NCBI GenBank assembly: GCA_964291235.2
Contig: OZ219815.1
Span: 992,001-1,056,000, forward strand
From: Vicinamibacteria bacterium
Lineage (GTDB): Bacteria; Acidobacteriota; Vicinamibacteria; Marinacidobacterales; Marinacidobacteraceae
Length of the DNA stretch: 64,000 nucleotides
Direction: 5' to 3'
Shown: piece after piece, positions 28,859-39,154 of the stretch
How the letters are laid out: each line of letters opens with the position of its first letter
How positions within the stretch are numbered: position 1 is the stretch's first letter
Program-made: the position numbers and the translations under genes
Notes under the pieces: model-generated
Database searches by the model: none
Seen by the model: only the letters and a program-made list of their open reading frames with translations
What the model was told of the DNA's origin: nothing

Positions 28859-31800
28859 CTAACCCTCGGGATCGCGTTCCCGAAGCCAGTGACGACGATG
28901 CTGGAAGGGATACGCGGGCAGGGAAACCAGGCGGCGCTGCTCTCCGGCGAAGAGGCCGGCAAAGGACACGCCGAGCCCGGCCGCGTAAGCCTTCGCGACG
29001 GCCGTAACGAAGTCTTCGGCGCTCGCGGCGCCGGTGCCGAGGGAGGCGAGGCCCGGGCGCGCTGCGTCCGCTGCGGCCTGCGACGTTGGTTCGGCCTGTC
29101 GATCGAGCAGCGGAAGCCCGAACGCCGCGCCGGGACCGACGTTCACCACGACCCGCGCCTCCAGTTCCGAGAGCGCCTCAGCCACATCGTGGGGGCCGGA
29201 CGGATTTCCTCCCTTCGCCTCCGGAGACGTCTCCCCGGGAGTCACGAGTTGTCCGCCCGGCAAGCGTAACCAGGGAAGGACGAGTGGGGCAGTCTCGGCC
29301 GTCCCGAGCACTGATTCGAAAGCTCCGCGGTCCGGCTCCCGGGTGCTCTCCTGCCGCCCCGCACCGAGCGCTACCGCGCACCGCAGTCCGGCCTCCAGTT
29401 GCAAGGCGCCCGCGGTCTGCGCGGCAGCGAGGTTCCCGTCGCCCTCGCCGACGACCACCGCGGGCTGGACTCCAACGCTTGCCCAGAACGCGGTAATGGC
29501 GCACTGGAGCGCGTAGCGAACCGGCTCCTCCGAGGCGCGGTCCTCCTCGTTGGCTGCCCACGGTCCCCGAGGGAACATTGCCTCCAGGAGGGACATTCCG
29601 GTCTCCTCCCGCATGACCGCCTCGCAGCGGTCCAGAATTGCCCTCACCACCGGTTCGGTCTCGTAGAGGTCCCTGCTCACCACCAGCCCCGCGTCGCCTT
29701 GCCCACCGTAAGCGAACGCCAACTGCGGCGCCTCGTCCCGCGGTGGTTGCGCTGCGAATCCATCTCCCGCACAGACCGCCTCGAGTCCTCTGCGGAGCGT
29801 TGCGGCATCGCGGAAGACCAACCCGGCCCGGTGCCTGAAGTGCGCTCGTCCCGCTCCGGCAGTCCACGCCATATCGGCAAGGGCGTCGTTGTTCGGGGTG
29901 GAGCCCTGCTCGCCCTCGCCGTCGAGCCAGCCGAGGTATCGGCCGGCAAGTTCCCGAAGCGCCGCTTCCGTTTTCCCGGAGAGCGGCAGCACGCGATGGA
30001 CCCGGCGCCCGAGTTCCGCCGAGGGAATCGGGACTGAGTCCGCAATCGCGACCGGAACCTCGCGTCCCGGCCCCGCGGGCCAGCCGGCCGGCAGAGATTC
30101 GTTCGCCGCGCCGCCCGGAACCCCGTAGCCCTCGACCACCACATGGGCGTTGGTTCCCGAAACGCCGAAGGCGCTGACCGCTGCCCTCGGGGGGCGGTCC
30201 GGGACGGCGGGCCAGTCCGTGGTCTCAGAAGTCACGCGCACCGGGAGCCGATCCCAGTCGATGTAGGGTGTCGGATTCTCGAAGTGCAGGTGCTTCGGAA
30301 TGACGCGCCGGTTCATGGCCAGCACCGCCTTGATGAGCCCTGCCACCCCGGCTGCAGTTTCCAGGTGGCCGATGTTGGTCTTCACCGAACCCATGAGCAG
30401 AGGGCGATCCGGGTCGCGTCCCCTGCCGTAAACCGCGGCCGCGGCCCGAGCCTCGATCGGGTCGCCCAGCCCGGACCCGTTCCCGTGCGCCTCCAGGTAA
30501 TCCAGTTCCGAGCCGGAGAACCCGGCACGTTCGAGGGCCGCTTCGATCACCTGTTCCTGTGCCGAGCCGTTCGGCACAGTCGGTCCGGCGCTCGCCCCGT
30601 TCTGGTTCACGGCGGATCCGCGGATTACGGCCCAGATGCGATCTCCATCGGACTCTGCCTCGGCGAGGCGTTTCAGGACCAGGACGCCGCATCCTTCGCC
30701 CCGTACGAATCCGTCGGCGGCTGCGTCGAAGGTTCGGCACCGCCCCGTTGGCGACAACATCCCGAGGGCCGCCATCTCCGTCGTGACGGAGCGGGAGAGG
30801 ATCACGTTCACGCCGCCGACGAGCGCCAGGTCCGCTTCGCGCTGCCGTAGGCCACTGGCCGCCTGATGAACGGCGACCAGCGACGAGGCGCAGTTCAGTT
30901 CCACCGGCAGGGTGGGCCCCATCAGGCCCAGCTTGAAGGCGAGCCGACCCACCGCCATGCTCCTGGCCGTTCCCAGGTAACTGACCCCGTCGCGGCTTCG
31001 CATCATCAGGTCGCGGTATTCGCTGGCGGCAACGCCCGCGTAAACGCCGGTACGGCTGCCCCGGAGCCGCTCCGGATCAATCCCGGCATCTTCCAGTGCG
31101 TGCCAGCTCGTTTCCAGCAGGAGCCGCTGCTGCGGATCCATGGTGCGTGCGTCTATGGGAGTAATGCGGAAGAACCTCGCATCGAACTGATCCACGCCTT
31201 TGATGAAGCCGCCGCTCCGCCAGGCGTCACCGTTGCTTGCGTCCCCCGGAACCTCGCCTCCGGAGAGAGGCCGCTGTCCGGTGACGGCATCCCGGCCGGC
31301 TTCGAGCGCGGCCCAGAACGCCGCCAGATCGGGGGCGCCCGGGAAGTGGCAGGCCATCCCGATGATGGCGATTCGGTCTTCGGTCGGCGGTGTGGCCACC
31401 GGGGCTGAGGGTTGCGGACGCGCCTGCGCCAAACCCGTCTTCCCGGCCTCCGCGAGTTCCATGCTCAGGAACGCGGCAAGGGCGGCGATGTCCGGATGGT
31501 CGAACACCACGGTGTTCGGGGCCGAGTACTCCCCCGCGAACTCCCGGTTCAGCCGATTCCGCAGTTCGACCGCCATCAGGGAGTCCATTCCCAGATCGAA
31601 GAAACCCACCTTGGGCGCGGGAGGTTTCGGCAACCGCAAGACGGCCTGTACCTCCTGGCGGAGAAACGAGATCAGGGTTTCCTCCCGCGACTCCGCCGGG
31701 GTCTGCCGCAGTCTCGTCAGCAGGGGCTCGGCCCCGAGGCCGGGCGCGTCGCCGGCGTCCGCGTCGTTCGACAGCAGCTCCTCGAAGACAGGCGGCGGGT

Positions 31801-34800
31801 TCTCGACCGCTTCGGCGAAAGCCGCCCAGTCCGCCGCCAGCACCACGCTGGCCGCCGCGTCCTCGTGCAGCAAACGCTCGAATGCCCGCAGACCCTGCTG
31901 CGGGCTGAACCATCCCGTCCCTGTCGCCGCGAGTTGGCGGGTGATCCGCTCCCGCTGTTCTTCCGCTTCGCCGAGCCCGGACCAGGCGCCCCAGGCGATC
32001 GCCTGGCCGGGAAGCCCCAGCGCTCGCCGGTAGGCGGCCAGTTGATCCAGGAATGCGTTGGCGGCGGCATGGTTTGCCTGTCCCGGGTTCCCCAGGGTGC
32101 CGGCAACGCTGGAGAAGAGCACGAACAGGTCCAGATCCCGGTCCGCGGTCGCCCGGTGCAGGTGCCAGCTACCGAGAACCTTGGGCCAGAGAACTCGTTC
32201 GAAGTCGGCCCAGGTCTGATTCCCGAGGGCGCGGTCCGACAGCACGCCGACACTGTGGATCACGCCTGCCAGGGGCGGCAGGTTGGCGTCGATGCGAGTC
32301 AGCATCGCGTCCACGGCGGCTGCGTCGGTGACGTCGGCGATTTCGACCCGAATGTCCACTCCTCGCCGCCCAAGCTGGCCGATCACCCGTTTGGCCGCGG
32401 GGTCTGGAACCCGGCGGCCGTTGAGCACGATCGCTCCGGCGCCCTTGTCCGCCAGCCAACCGGCGAGCGCGCAGCCGATTCCGCCGAGCCCGCCAGTCAC
32501 CAGGTAGGTCCTGTCGCTCCTCAGCCGGCCGCCCCTCAAAGAGGGGGCGGTGAACACGATCTTGCCCAGGTGACGCGCCGCCTGCATGAATCGCATTCCG
32601 GCGCGTGCTTCCGCGAGGGGCCAACGGCTGTGGATCAGAGGGGTGATCTCGCCGGCCGCGAACTGCCGCATCACGCGCCGGAGAGCGTCTCCGGGTATCG
32701 CCGGGCGGTTCTCCTTCAGGTCATCCAGTTCCAGGATGGAATAGGCGACGTCCGGCCGGGCGGCGGCCATTTCCTCCTCGGTCAGGATGCCGCGCCGGGA
32801 GAGCTCGACGAACCGGCCGCCTTCGGCCAGACACAACAGGCTGGCTTCGACAAAGCCCTCCCCGGTCAGGCTGTTCACCACCACCTGGACCCCCTGGCCG
32901 CCGGTGGCTTCCAGAGTCTCGCTGCCGAAGTCGGTTCGGCGGCTGTCGAACACGTGTTCCACTCCGAGCAACCGCAGAAAATCCTGCTTGGGCGCGCTGG
33001 CAGTGGCAAAGACCTCGGCTCCGGCAGCCTGTGCCAGCTGGATCGCGGCGAGACCGACGCCGCCGGCTCCGGCATGAATCAGGACGCGTTCGCCGGCCTT
33101 CAGTTCGGCAAGGTCATAGGACAGCTGCGCCGATACGAATGCGGTTGGCAGGGTGGCGAGTTCGGAGGCCGGCACGTCCGGCGGCGCCGGCGTCACCATT
33201 TCCTCATGGGTAGTGACCTCGGCACCGAAAGTGCCGAAGGCCAGTCCCACGATCCGGTCCCCCGCTGATACCGCGGAGACATCCTCGCCAACTTCGAGAA
33301 CCCGGCCGCACATCTCTCCGCCCAGGAGCCCCTCCGGAATGAAGCCGATCGAGCGGAAGACGTCCCAGAAATTGAGCCCGGTGGCATCGATCGCGACGCG
33401 AACGTCCCGCGGTCCCAGGGATCGCCGCGGCATCGGTTCGGGATGGAGTTTTTCGAGTGCGCCGCCCGGATCGGGAGTGAGTAGCCAGTCCGGTCCCTCG
33501 GGCACCGGCAGCCGCTCCTCACCGGCGCCGGCCCGGACGAGACGCGCCACCCGCCGGCGCGCTTCCCGGTAGGCAACCTGGGTTTCCGGGTCGGGGAAGA
33601 GCAGCTCTTCCGCAAGGTCCGGCATCGGGACCGGACGTTCGGGATCGAGGTCGAGCATCCGGGGTAGGAGGTGGGGCGCTTCCCGGGCCACCACCTTGCC
33701 GAGTCCCCAAAGGGTTGCGCCGACCACTTGACCGCCGCGTTCCTTTTCCAGGACCTGGGCGCCGCGGGTGATGAACCACACGCCCTTGGCGGGCCTCAGG
33801 TCGGCGTCCACGAGCGCCTGCGCGAGGGCGAGGGCGCTGCCCGTGACGTGGCGGACGGCCTTGGCCATCGCATCCGTCGGGGCGTCCGGTCCGTCCAGCG
33901 CCGCGAGATGCACGATTCCGTTCAGCGGCAGGTCTCCCGGTAGGGTCGCGAGCAGGGAACCCCATGATTCCCGTTCCCGGAAGTCCACGGATCTCCTCTC
34001 GATCCCGGACTTTCCGGTTTCCCCGGCGGCGCCTTGCTCGGCGAGGACGACGGTCTGGTTCCGGCCCGTGAGTTCGATGGCGAGCTCCGCCGCCACGCCG
34101 CCGCAGTCAGCCGCCACCACCCAGACGCCGCCCGGCAGGGTCACCTCCGCCGGGCCCGCCGCCATGATGATCCCCCGGTCGGGTGGGCGGGCGCCTTCCG
34201 AATCGTCCACGCCGAGAAACTCGATCGCTCCGAAGCCGGCGTCCCCAAGCGCCCGGCGCCAGATCGGGGGGCCCGACAACGCGTGGCGCGGGCGGTACCG
34301 GTCGGCAAACCGCCACCAGCCATCGAGTTGTCCGAACGTCAGATCCAGCCAACCCTGACCGCGCAGATTCTCGAGCGCCACAAGTTGTCCCGACGGCGCT
34401 AGCAGCGCCCCGCAATGGGCGAGCGTTTCGTCGAGGTACCGGGTGGCGTGCAACACGTTGGACGCGATCAGCAGGTCGTAGCCGTGAGGGTCGAAGCCCT
34501 GCGCGACGGGTTCTTTTTCGATGTCGAGCACCCGGTACTCGATTGCACCGTTGCCGTCTCCGAAGCGCGCCTCCGCCTCCGCGAAGAAGCCCGCGGAGAT
34601 GTCCGTGTACACGTAGCGGAGACGACCCCCGGGCAACTCCGGCAGGACCGACGCCGTCGCGGATCCGGTGCCGGCCCCGACTTCGATCACCCGAAGATCT
34701 CGGTCGTCCGGCAACCCGGCCACGAGTGCCCGGATGGCATCTCCGAGCATCCGGTTGGCGGCTCGTGCTACCGGCGCCTTCAGATAGAGGTCGGCGGCGG

Positions 34801-37800
34801 TCGGCTCGCCGCTGCTGAATAGCAGGGTCAGCGGGTCAGCGCGCCCACGCAGTACTTCGGGAAGAGCTTCGGCGCTGCGCCGGAACAGTCCGATTTCCGT
34901 CGTCCCGTGCGCGTAGGCGCCGGCCATGTGTGTAGCGAACTCCCCCGGATCGGCCGGAAGATCCACCGGCAGCGGATCTCCCGATTCCAGGGTCACCCGA
35001 AAACCGTCACCGCATTCCTCGACAAGTCCGGACCGGGCAAGCATTTCCAGCATCCGCCGAAAGAGGCGGGTGTGATTCGGAGTGACCTTGAGCCTTTGCC
35101 GCAGGTCTTCCGGGTCCACCACCGCGCCCGTCCGGCGCTCCCAGCCGAGCTGATCCAGCGTCCGGACGGCGTACGACCCGGCCAGCCGTTCCAGATCGTC
35201 GAGGAGCGCCGCTCTGGAGTCCGCCCCGACGTCTTCGGCGGCCAGGTACTGCACGAACGTCTTCGATCCTGCCCGCACGGCCCGCGGGTCCGGCAGGAAG
35301 TCCGCGGCCGGCATGGCCGGGGTCCTGGTGCCGTCGCGCCAGACAACTTCGTAGAGGAGGTCGTCCAGCCCTTCGACGGCGGCCAGCAGGCTGGCTCGCG
35401 TCGCCCGTTTGATCGTGTACCCGTCGAGGCCGCCGAGCGGGACCCCGTTCCTGTCGTAGATGCGCAGATCCGCGCTCAGGACTTCAGGGAGATCGCCAAG
35501 TTCACTGCCCGGCCGGCCTCCGTCGGATTGCCTCGAGCGGACGTGACACCAGACGCTCTCCGGCCAATCTCCCGTGCGCCAGAGCCGCTCCCAGGCAAAC
35601 GGCAGATAGGTAACGCCGTCTTCGCTCGCCGCCGTTCGGCGGGCGGCGGCCATCGCCTGGAAGCACCCGTCCAGCAGCAGCGGGTGCATCTCGATTCCAG
35701 CGAGATCGATGTCCGCTGGCAGCGTAATCTCGGCGAGGGCCTCATTCGGCCCGGACCACAGCCCCCGAAGCGTCCGAAACGACGAACCCAGGCCGATCCC
35801 GATTGCCGCCTTCCCGCGGTAGAAGGCGGAGATGTCCTCGAGCGCCAGCCGGTTCTTGAGGTCTTCGGGATCGATGCGCGGCGCCGCGGACGCACCAGCC
35901 TCACCGGGGGTCGCCACGCCCTCGGCGTGCAGGGTCCACTCGCCGCCGTCCGCTCGGCTCAGGACGCGAACCCGCCGAGACGTCCCCTCCGCGGCCTGAT
36001 CGAGGACCACTTGAAGCCGGCGGGAATCGTCGTCGCCCTCTGCCAGGATCAGCGGGTTGTGGAGCTGGAAGTCCCCGATCCCCAGCATTTCTTGCATTCT
36101 TGAAGACGATGCCGAGACCGCCATGGCCCCGTAAAGGGCCCCCGGCGCGACCAGTCGGTCGAAGACCCGGTGATCGCCCAGCCACGGGGGATTGGTTGCC
36201 GCGACCTCCGTCTCGAAGCCCAGTTCGCCGCTGGCCGACTGGTGGCGGGTTCCCAACAGGGGGTGGCTATCCCGGAGTCGGCGGCGTTTGGCCGGCTTGA
36301 TCCAATGGCGTTCGCGCTGGAACGGATACCCGGGGAGCGGGACCCGACGTCGGGATTCACCCGCGAAGAGCCCCGGAAAGGAGATGGGCAAGCCTGCCTC
36401 GTAAGCGGTCGCCACCGCCCGGACAAAGGAACCTTCAGCGTCTTTCGGCGTTTCGCGTGAGGGCCGCCGCAGGCTGGAGACCACGACCGGAGCTCCATCG
36501 CCCCCCGTTGATTCCGGCCACGCCAGGGACGCCATGGGACCGAGCACGGCGTGGGGGCCGATCTCCACGACGGCGCGGACGCCCATTGCGGCCAGCGTCT
36601 CCACACAGCGCCGAAACTCCACCGGTTCCCGGGTCTGTCGGCGCCAATACCTTCCGTCCAGCGGCCGGTCGGGAGCCCGGACCCGGCCGTCCAGGTTGCT
36701 CACGAACGGAATCGATGGCGGTGCGATGGGAATCTTCGCGAGCGCGGCCTCCAGATCGTCGAGCGCCGGGTCCAGCATCGCGCTGTGGTAGGCGGGGCTC
36801 TTCCTGAGCCGCCGCACCCGGATGTTCCGACGGTCGAAGCGTTCGAGGATTGCCTCGACCTCGTCCGCCGGGCCGCTCACGATCTGGTGTGCACCGTTGT
36901 CCGCGGCGACGCTCAGCCCGAATCCCGAGATCCGGGCGTTTTGTTCCGCGACGGCCGCGGCCACTTCGGACCGGGGCGCGAAGATCGCACCCATGCGGCC
37001 TGCACCGGGTACTGCTCCGATCAACTCGCCCCGGACGGCCGCGAACCGGAGTCCGTCCGCCAACGAGAAGACCCCGGCGGCCTGTGCGGCCGCAAGTTCT
37101 CCGAGGCTGTGGCCAAGGACTACCCCGGGCCGGATTCCCAGGCTCGACCACAGCCCCGTCAGCGCGCACTCCAGCGCGTAGATCGCCGGCTGCTTCCACG
37201 CCGGGTCGTCCAGCTCCGGAGGCGGATCCCCCCGGCCGAACATGGCGTCGAGCAGGGACGCTCCCCTTCGTTCCTCAAAAAGCCTGTCGCAGTGGTGCAG
37301 GATGGCCCGAAACACCGGCTCGGTCCGGTAGAGATCCTCACCCATCCCCACCCACTGGCTCGCCTGTCCGGTGTAGAGGAACGCGACCTTGGGGACTGTC
37401 TGGCCGGGAGCATCAGGCCCGGTTGACCCGCCCGCCCCGGCGATCTCCGCAAGGCGCTGCCGCAGCGACGCCGCATCGCGGAACACCACCCCCGCACGGC
37501 GGCTGAAATGGTTGCGCCCGACTCCCGCCGTCCACGCCAGATCGGCGAGCGGCCCGTCGCCGTCGTTATCGCGTCCACTCTGATCATCCAACCAGGCCAG
37601 AAACCCCTCGGCAATTTCACGGAGGGAGTCTTCCGACTTCCCTGACAGGGGCAGAAGGCGCATGATCCGCGGCTGTAGTGCGGGGCCGGCAGGCAACGGA
37701 TCCGGCACCGATTCCGGCTTTTGGACCGCGATGCGGCGCGCGGCGCCGGAGGGCCAACCGGCGTTCCCGGGACCGCCGGTGGTGCCGTTCGGCGGTGGGT

Positions 37801-39127
37801 ATCCCTCAACCACCAGATGGGCGTTGGTGCCGGACCACCCGAACCCACTGACACCCGCGCGCGGTGGGCGATCCAGATGGACCGGCCAGTCCGTTTCCGC
37901 CGCCGTCACCCGGAGGGGCAGGCGCTCCCAATCCATCGTCGGGTTCGGATTTCGGAAATGCAGGTGCCTCGGGATGACGCCATGCCGCATCGCCAGCACG
38001 ACCTTGATCAATCCGGCGACCCCCGCCGCCGATTCGAGATGACCGAAGTTGGTCTTCACGGAACCGATCAGGAGCGGCCGGTCGGCGGGGCGGCCCGTTC
38101 CGTAAGCCGCCCCAGCCGCCTCGATCTCGATCGGGTCGCCGACCTCGGTCCCCGTTCCGTGGGCTTCGAGGTAGTCCACGTCGATCGGCTGGATCCCGGC
38201 TTGAGCCAGGGCCTCCCCGATCACGCTCTCCTGCGCTTTGGGATTGGGCACCGTGAGCCCCGCGCTCGCTCCATCCTGATTTACCGCCGAGCCGCGGATC
38301 ACGCCCCAGATCCGGTCACCGTCGGCCTCCGCGTCCCGAAGTCGTTTGAGTACCACGATGCCGCAGCCTTCGCCCCGGACGTAGCCGTTGGCCGAGGCGT
38401 CGAAGGTCTTGCAGCGTCCGTCCGGAGACAGCATCCCGGCGTTGCCGCGCAGTTCGAGCAACCGACCGGACAGGATCGTGTGCACCCCTCCGGCAAGGGC
38501 GAGATCGGCGTCACCCCGCTGGAGGTCGGCGATGGCCTGGTGGGCTGCGACCAGGGAGGAGGAGCACGCCGTGTCGAGCGCCAGCGCCGGCCCCTGAAGG
38601 CCTAGTGCGAAAGCAACCCGGCCAATGGCGGTGTTAAAGGAGGTGCCGGTGACGCTGTAGAGGCTCGCCGCGGGCTCCGCCGTCTCGTCCGCCTCCAGAA
38701 TCAGGCCGCGGTACTCGTTGTTGCTGATTCCGGCATAGACGCCCGTGCGGGAGCCCTCCAGCCGATCGGGGGCGATCCCGGCGTCTTCCAGCGCCTGCCA
38801 ACTGACCTCCAGCATGAGACGCTGCTGCGGATCCAACCGTTCGGCCTCGGCCGGGGAGATGCGGAAGAAGGCGGCATCGAACCGGTCCAGATCGTCCAGG
38901 TAGGCGCCGAACCGGCAGGCCTCGTTCTGGACCCCGCCGTCGGGGAAGAGCTGCCCTACCCGCCCAACGTCGGACCCCGGAACGCCCTCGGTGACCGCGT
39001 CGGTGCCCGTTGCCAGCAGCCGCCAGAAGGAGGGAATGTCCGGTGCGCCGGGGAACCGGCACGCCACGCCGATGATGGCGATGGGTTCGCGCAGGCGTGA
39101 CGCCGGACCGGGGGTTGTCCTGGGAAT
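28859..39127 (-). CDS. supA: SupA-type type I polyketide synthase KS-AT-DH-cMT-ER-KR-ACP-KS-AT(inactive)
   Basis: KS1 DTACSSS/EAHGTGT/GHLE; AT GHSLG; DH HPLLG..LGDH..LLDGCFQ; MT IEVGAGTG/NVLHAT; ER IHAGAGGVG; KR VTGGLGGIG; ACP LGMDSL; KS2 LNCASS/EAHGNG/GHLE; AT2 GEGDG. Probable ATT start at 39127; first canonical start is GTG 39067. Confidence 0.9.
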   Translation of the reverse strand: MPRTTPGPASRLREPIAIIGVACRFPGAPDIPSFWRLLATGTDAVTEGVPGSDVGRVGQLFPDGGVQNEACRFGAYLDDLDRFDAAFFRISPAEAERLDPQQRLMLEVSWQALEDAGIAPDRLEGSRTGVYAGISNNEYRGLILEADETAEPAASLYSVTGTSFNTAIGRVAFALGLQGPALALDTACSSSLVAAHQAIADLQRGDADLALAGGVHTILSGRLLELRGNAGMLSPDGRCKTFDASANGYVRGEGCGIVVLKRLRDAEADGDRIWGVIRGSAVNQDGASAGLTVPNPKAQESVIGEALAQAGIQPIDVDYLEAHGTGTEVGDPIEIEAAGAAYGTGRPADRPLLIGSVKTNFGHLESAAGVAGLIKVVLAMRHGVIPRHLHFRNPNPTMDWERLPLRVTAAETDWPVHLDRPPRAGVSGFGWSGTNAHLVVEGYPPPNGTTGGPGNAGWPSGAARRIAVQKPESVPDPLPAGPALQPRIMRLLPLSGKSEDSLREIAEGFLAWLDDQSGRDNDGDGPLADLAWTAGVGRNHFSRRAGVVFRDAASLRQRLAEIAGAGGSTGPDAPGQTVPKVAFLYTGQASQWVGMGEDLYRTEPVFRAILHHCDRLFEERRGASLLDAMFGRGDPPPELDDPAWKQPAIYALECALTGLWSSLGIRPGVVLGHSLGELAAAQAAGVFSLADGLRFAAVRGELIGAVPGAGRMGAIFAPRSEVAAAVAEQNARISGFGLSVAADNGAHQIVSGPADEVEAILERFDRRNIRVRRLRKSPAYHSAMLDPALDDLEAALAKIPIAPPSIPFVSNLDGRVRAPDRPLDGRYWRRQTREPVEFRRCVETLAAMGVRAVVEIGPHAVLGPMASLAWPESTGGDGAPVVVSSLRRPSRETPKDAEGSFVRAVATAYEAGLPISFPGLFAGESRRRVPLPGYPFQRERHWIKPAKRRRLRDSHPLLGTRHQSASGELGFETEVAATNPPWLGDHRVFDRLVAPGALYGAMAVSASSSRMQEMLGIGDFQLHNPLILAEGDDDSRRLQVVLDQAAEGTSRRVRVLSRADGGEWTLHAEGVATPGEAGASAAPRIDPEDLKNRLALEDISAFYRGKAAIGIGLGSSFRTLRGLWSGPNEALAEITLPADIDLAGIEMHPLLLDGCFQAMAAARRTAASEDGVTYLPFAWERLWRTGDWPESVWCHVRSRQSDGGRPGSELGDLPEVLSADLRIYDRNGVPLGGLDGYTIKRATRASLLAAVEGLDDLLYEVVWRDGTRTPAMPAADFLPDPRAVRAGSKTFVQYLAAEDVGADSRAALLDDLERLAGSYAVRTLDQLGWERRTGAVVDPEDLRQRLKVTPNHTRLFRRMLEMLARSGLVEECGDGFRVTLESGDPLPVDLPADPGEFATHMAGAYAHGTTEIGLFRRSAEALPEVLRGRADPLTLLFSSGEPTAADLYLKAPVARAANRMLGDAIRALVAGLPDDRDLRVIEVGAGTGSATASVLPELPGGRLRYVYTDISAGFFAEAEARFGDGNGAIEYRVLDIEKEPVAQGFDPHGYDLLIASNVLHATRYLDETLAHCGALLAPSGQLVALENLRGQGWLDLTFGQLDGWWRFADRYRPRHALSGPPIWRRALGDAGFGAIEFLGVDDSEGARPPDRGIIMAAGPAEVTLPGGVWVVAADCGGVAAELAIELTGRNQTVVLAEQGAAGETGKSGIERRSVDFRERESWGSLLATLPGDLPLNGIVHLAALDGPDAPTDAMAKAVRHVTGSALALAQALVDADLRPAKGVWFITRGAQVLEKERGGQVVGATLWGLGKVVAREAPHLLPRMLDLDPERPVPMPDLAEELLFPDPETQVAYREARRRVARLVRAGAGEERLPVPEGPDWLLTPDPGGALEKLHPEPMPRRSLGPRDVRVAIDATGLNFWDVFRSIGFIPEGLLGGEMCGRVLEVGEDVSAVSAGDRIVGLAFGTFGAEVTTHEEMVTPAPPDVPASELATLPTAFVSAQLSYDLAELKAGERVLIHAGAGGVGLAAIQLAQAAGAEVFATASAPKQDFLRLLGVEHVFDSRRTDFGSETLEATGGQGVQVVVNSLTGEGFVEASLLCLAEGGRFVELSRRGILTEEEMAAARPDVAYSILELDDLKENRPAIPGDALRRVMRQFAAGEITPLIHSRWPLAEARAGMRFMQAARHLGKIVFTAPSLRGGRLRSDRTYLVTGGLGGIGCALAGWLADKGAGAIVLNGRRVPDPAAKRVIGQLGRRGVDIRVEIADVTDAAAVDAMLTRIDANLPPLAGVIHSVGVLSDRALGNQTWADFERVLWPKVLGSWHLHRATADRDLDLFVLFSSVAGTLGNPGQANHAAANAFLDQLAAYRRALGLPGQAIAWGAWSGLGEAEEQRERITRQLAATGTGWFSPQQGLRAFERLLHEDAAASVVLAADWAAFAEAVENPPPVFEELLSNDADAGDAPGLGAEPLLTRLRQTPAESREETLISFLRQEVQAVLRLPKPPAPKVGFFDLGMDSLMAVELRNRLNREFAGEYSAPNTVVFDHPDIAALAAFLSMELAEAGKTGLAQARPQPSAPVATPPTEDRIAIIGMACHFPGAPDLAAFWAALEAGRDAVTGQRPLSGGEVPGDASNGDAWRSGGFIKGVDQFDARFFRITPIDARTMDPQQRLLLETSWHALEDAGIDPERLRGSRTGVYAGVAASEYRDLMMRSRDGVSYLGTARSMAVGRLAFKLGLMGPTLPVELNCASSLVAVHQAASGLRQREADLALVGGVNVILSRSVTTEMAALGMLSPTGRCRTFDAAADGFVRGEGCGVLVLKRLAEAESDGDRIWAVIRGSAVNQNGASAGPTVPNGSAQEQVIEAALERAGFSGSELDYLEAHGNGSGLGDPIEARAAAAVYGRGRDPDRPLLMGSVKTNIGHLETAAGVAGLIKAVLAMNRRVIPKHLHFENPTPYIDWDRLPVRVTSETTDWPAVPDRPPRAAVSAFGVSGTNAHVVVEGYGVPGGAANESLPAGWPAGPGREVPVAIADSVPIPSAELGRRVHRVLPLSGKTEAALRELAGRYLGWLDGEGEQGSTPNNDALADMAWTAGAGRAHFRHRAGLVFRDAATLRRGLEAVCAGDGFAAQPPRDEAPQLAFAYGGQGDAGLVVSRDLYETEPVVRAILDRCEAVMREETGMSLLEAMFPRGPWAANEEDRASEEPVRYALQCAITAFWASVGVQPAVVVGEGDGNLAAAQTAGALQLEAGLRCAVALGAGRQESTREPDRGAFESVLGTAETAPLVLPWLRLPGGQLVTPGETSPEAKGGNPSGPHDVAEALSELEARVVVNVGPGAAFGLPLLDRQAEPTSQAAADAARPGLASLGTGAASAEDFVTAVAKAYAAGLGVSFAGLFAGEQRRLVSLPAYPFQHRRHWLRERDPEG

Positions 39128-39134
39128 AGCGTGT

Positions 39135-39142
39135 ACCTCCTT
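39135..39142 (-). promoter_or_regulatory. Shine-Dalgarno AAGGAGGT of supA
   Basis: Perfect SD on the minus strand, 7 nt upstream of the in-frame ATT at 39127. Confidence 0.7.
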
Positions 39143-39154
39143 GTTCGACGCGAT

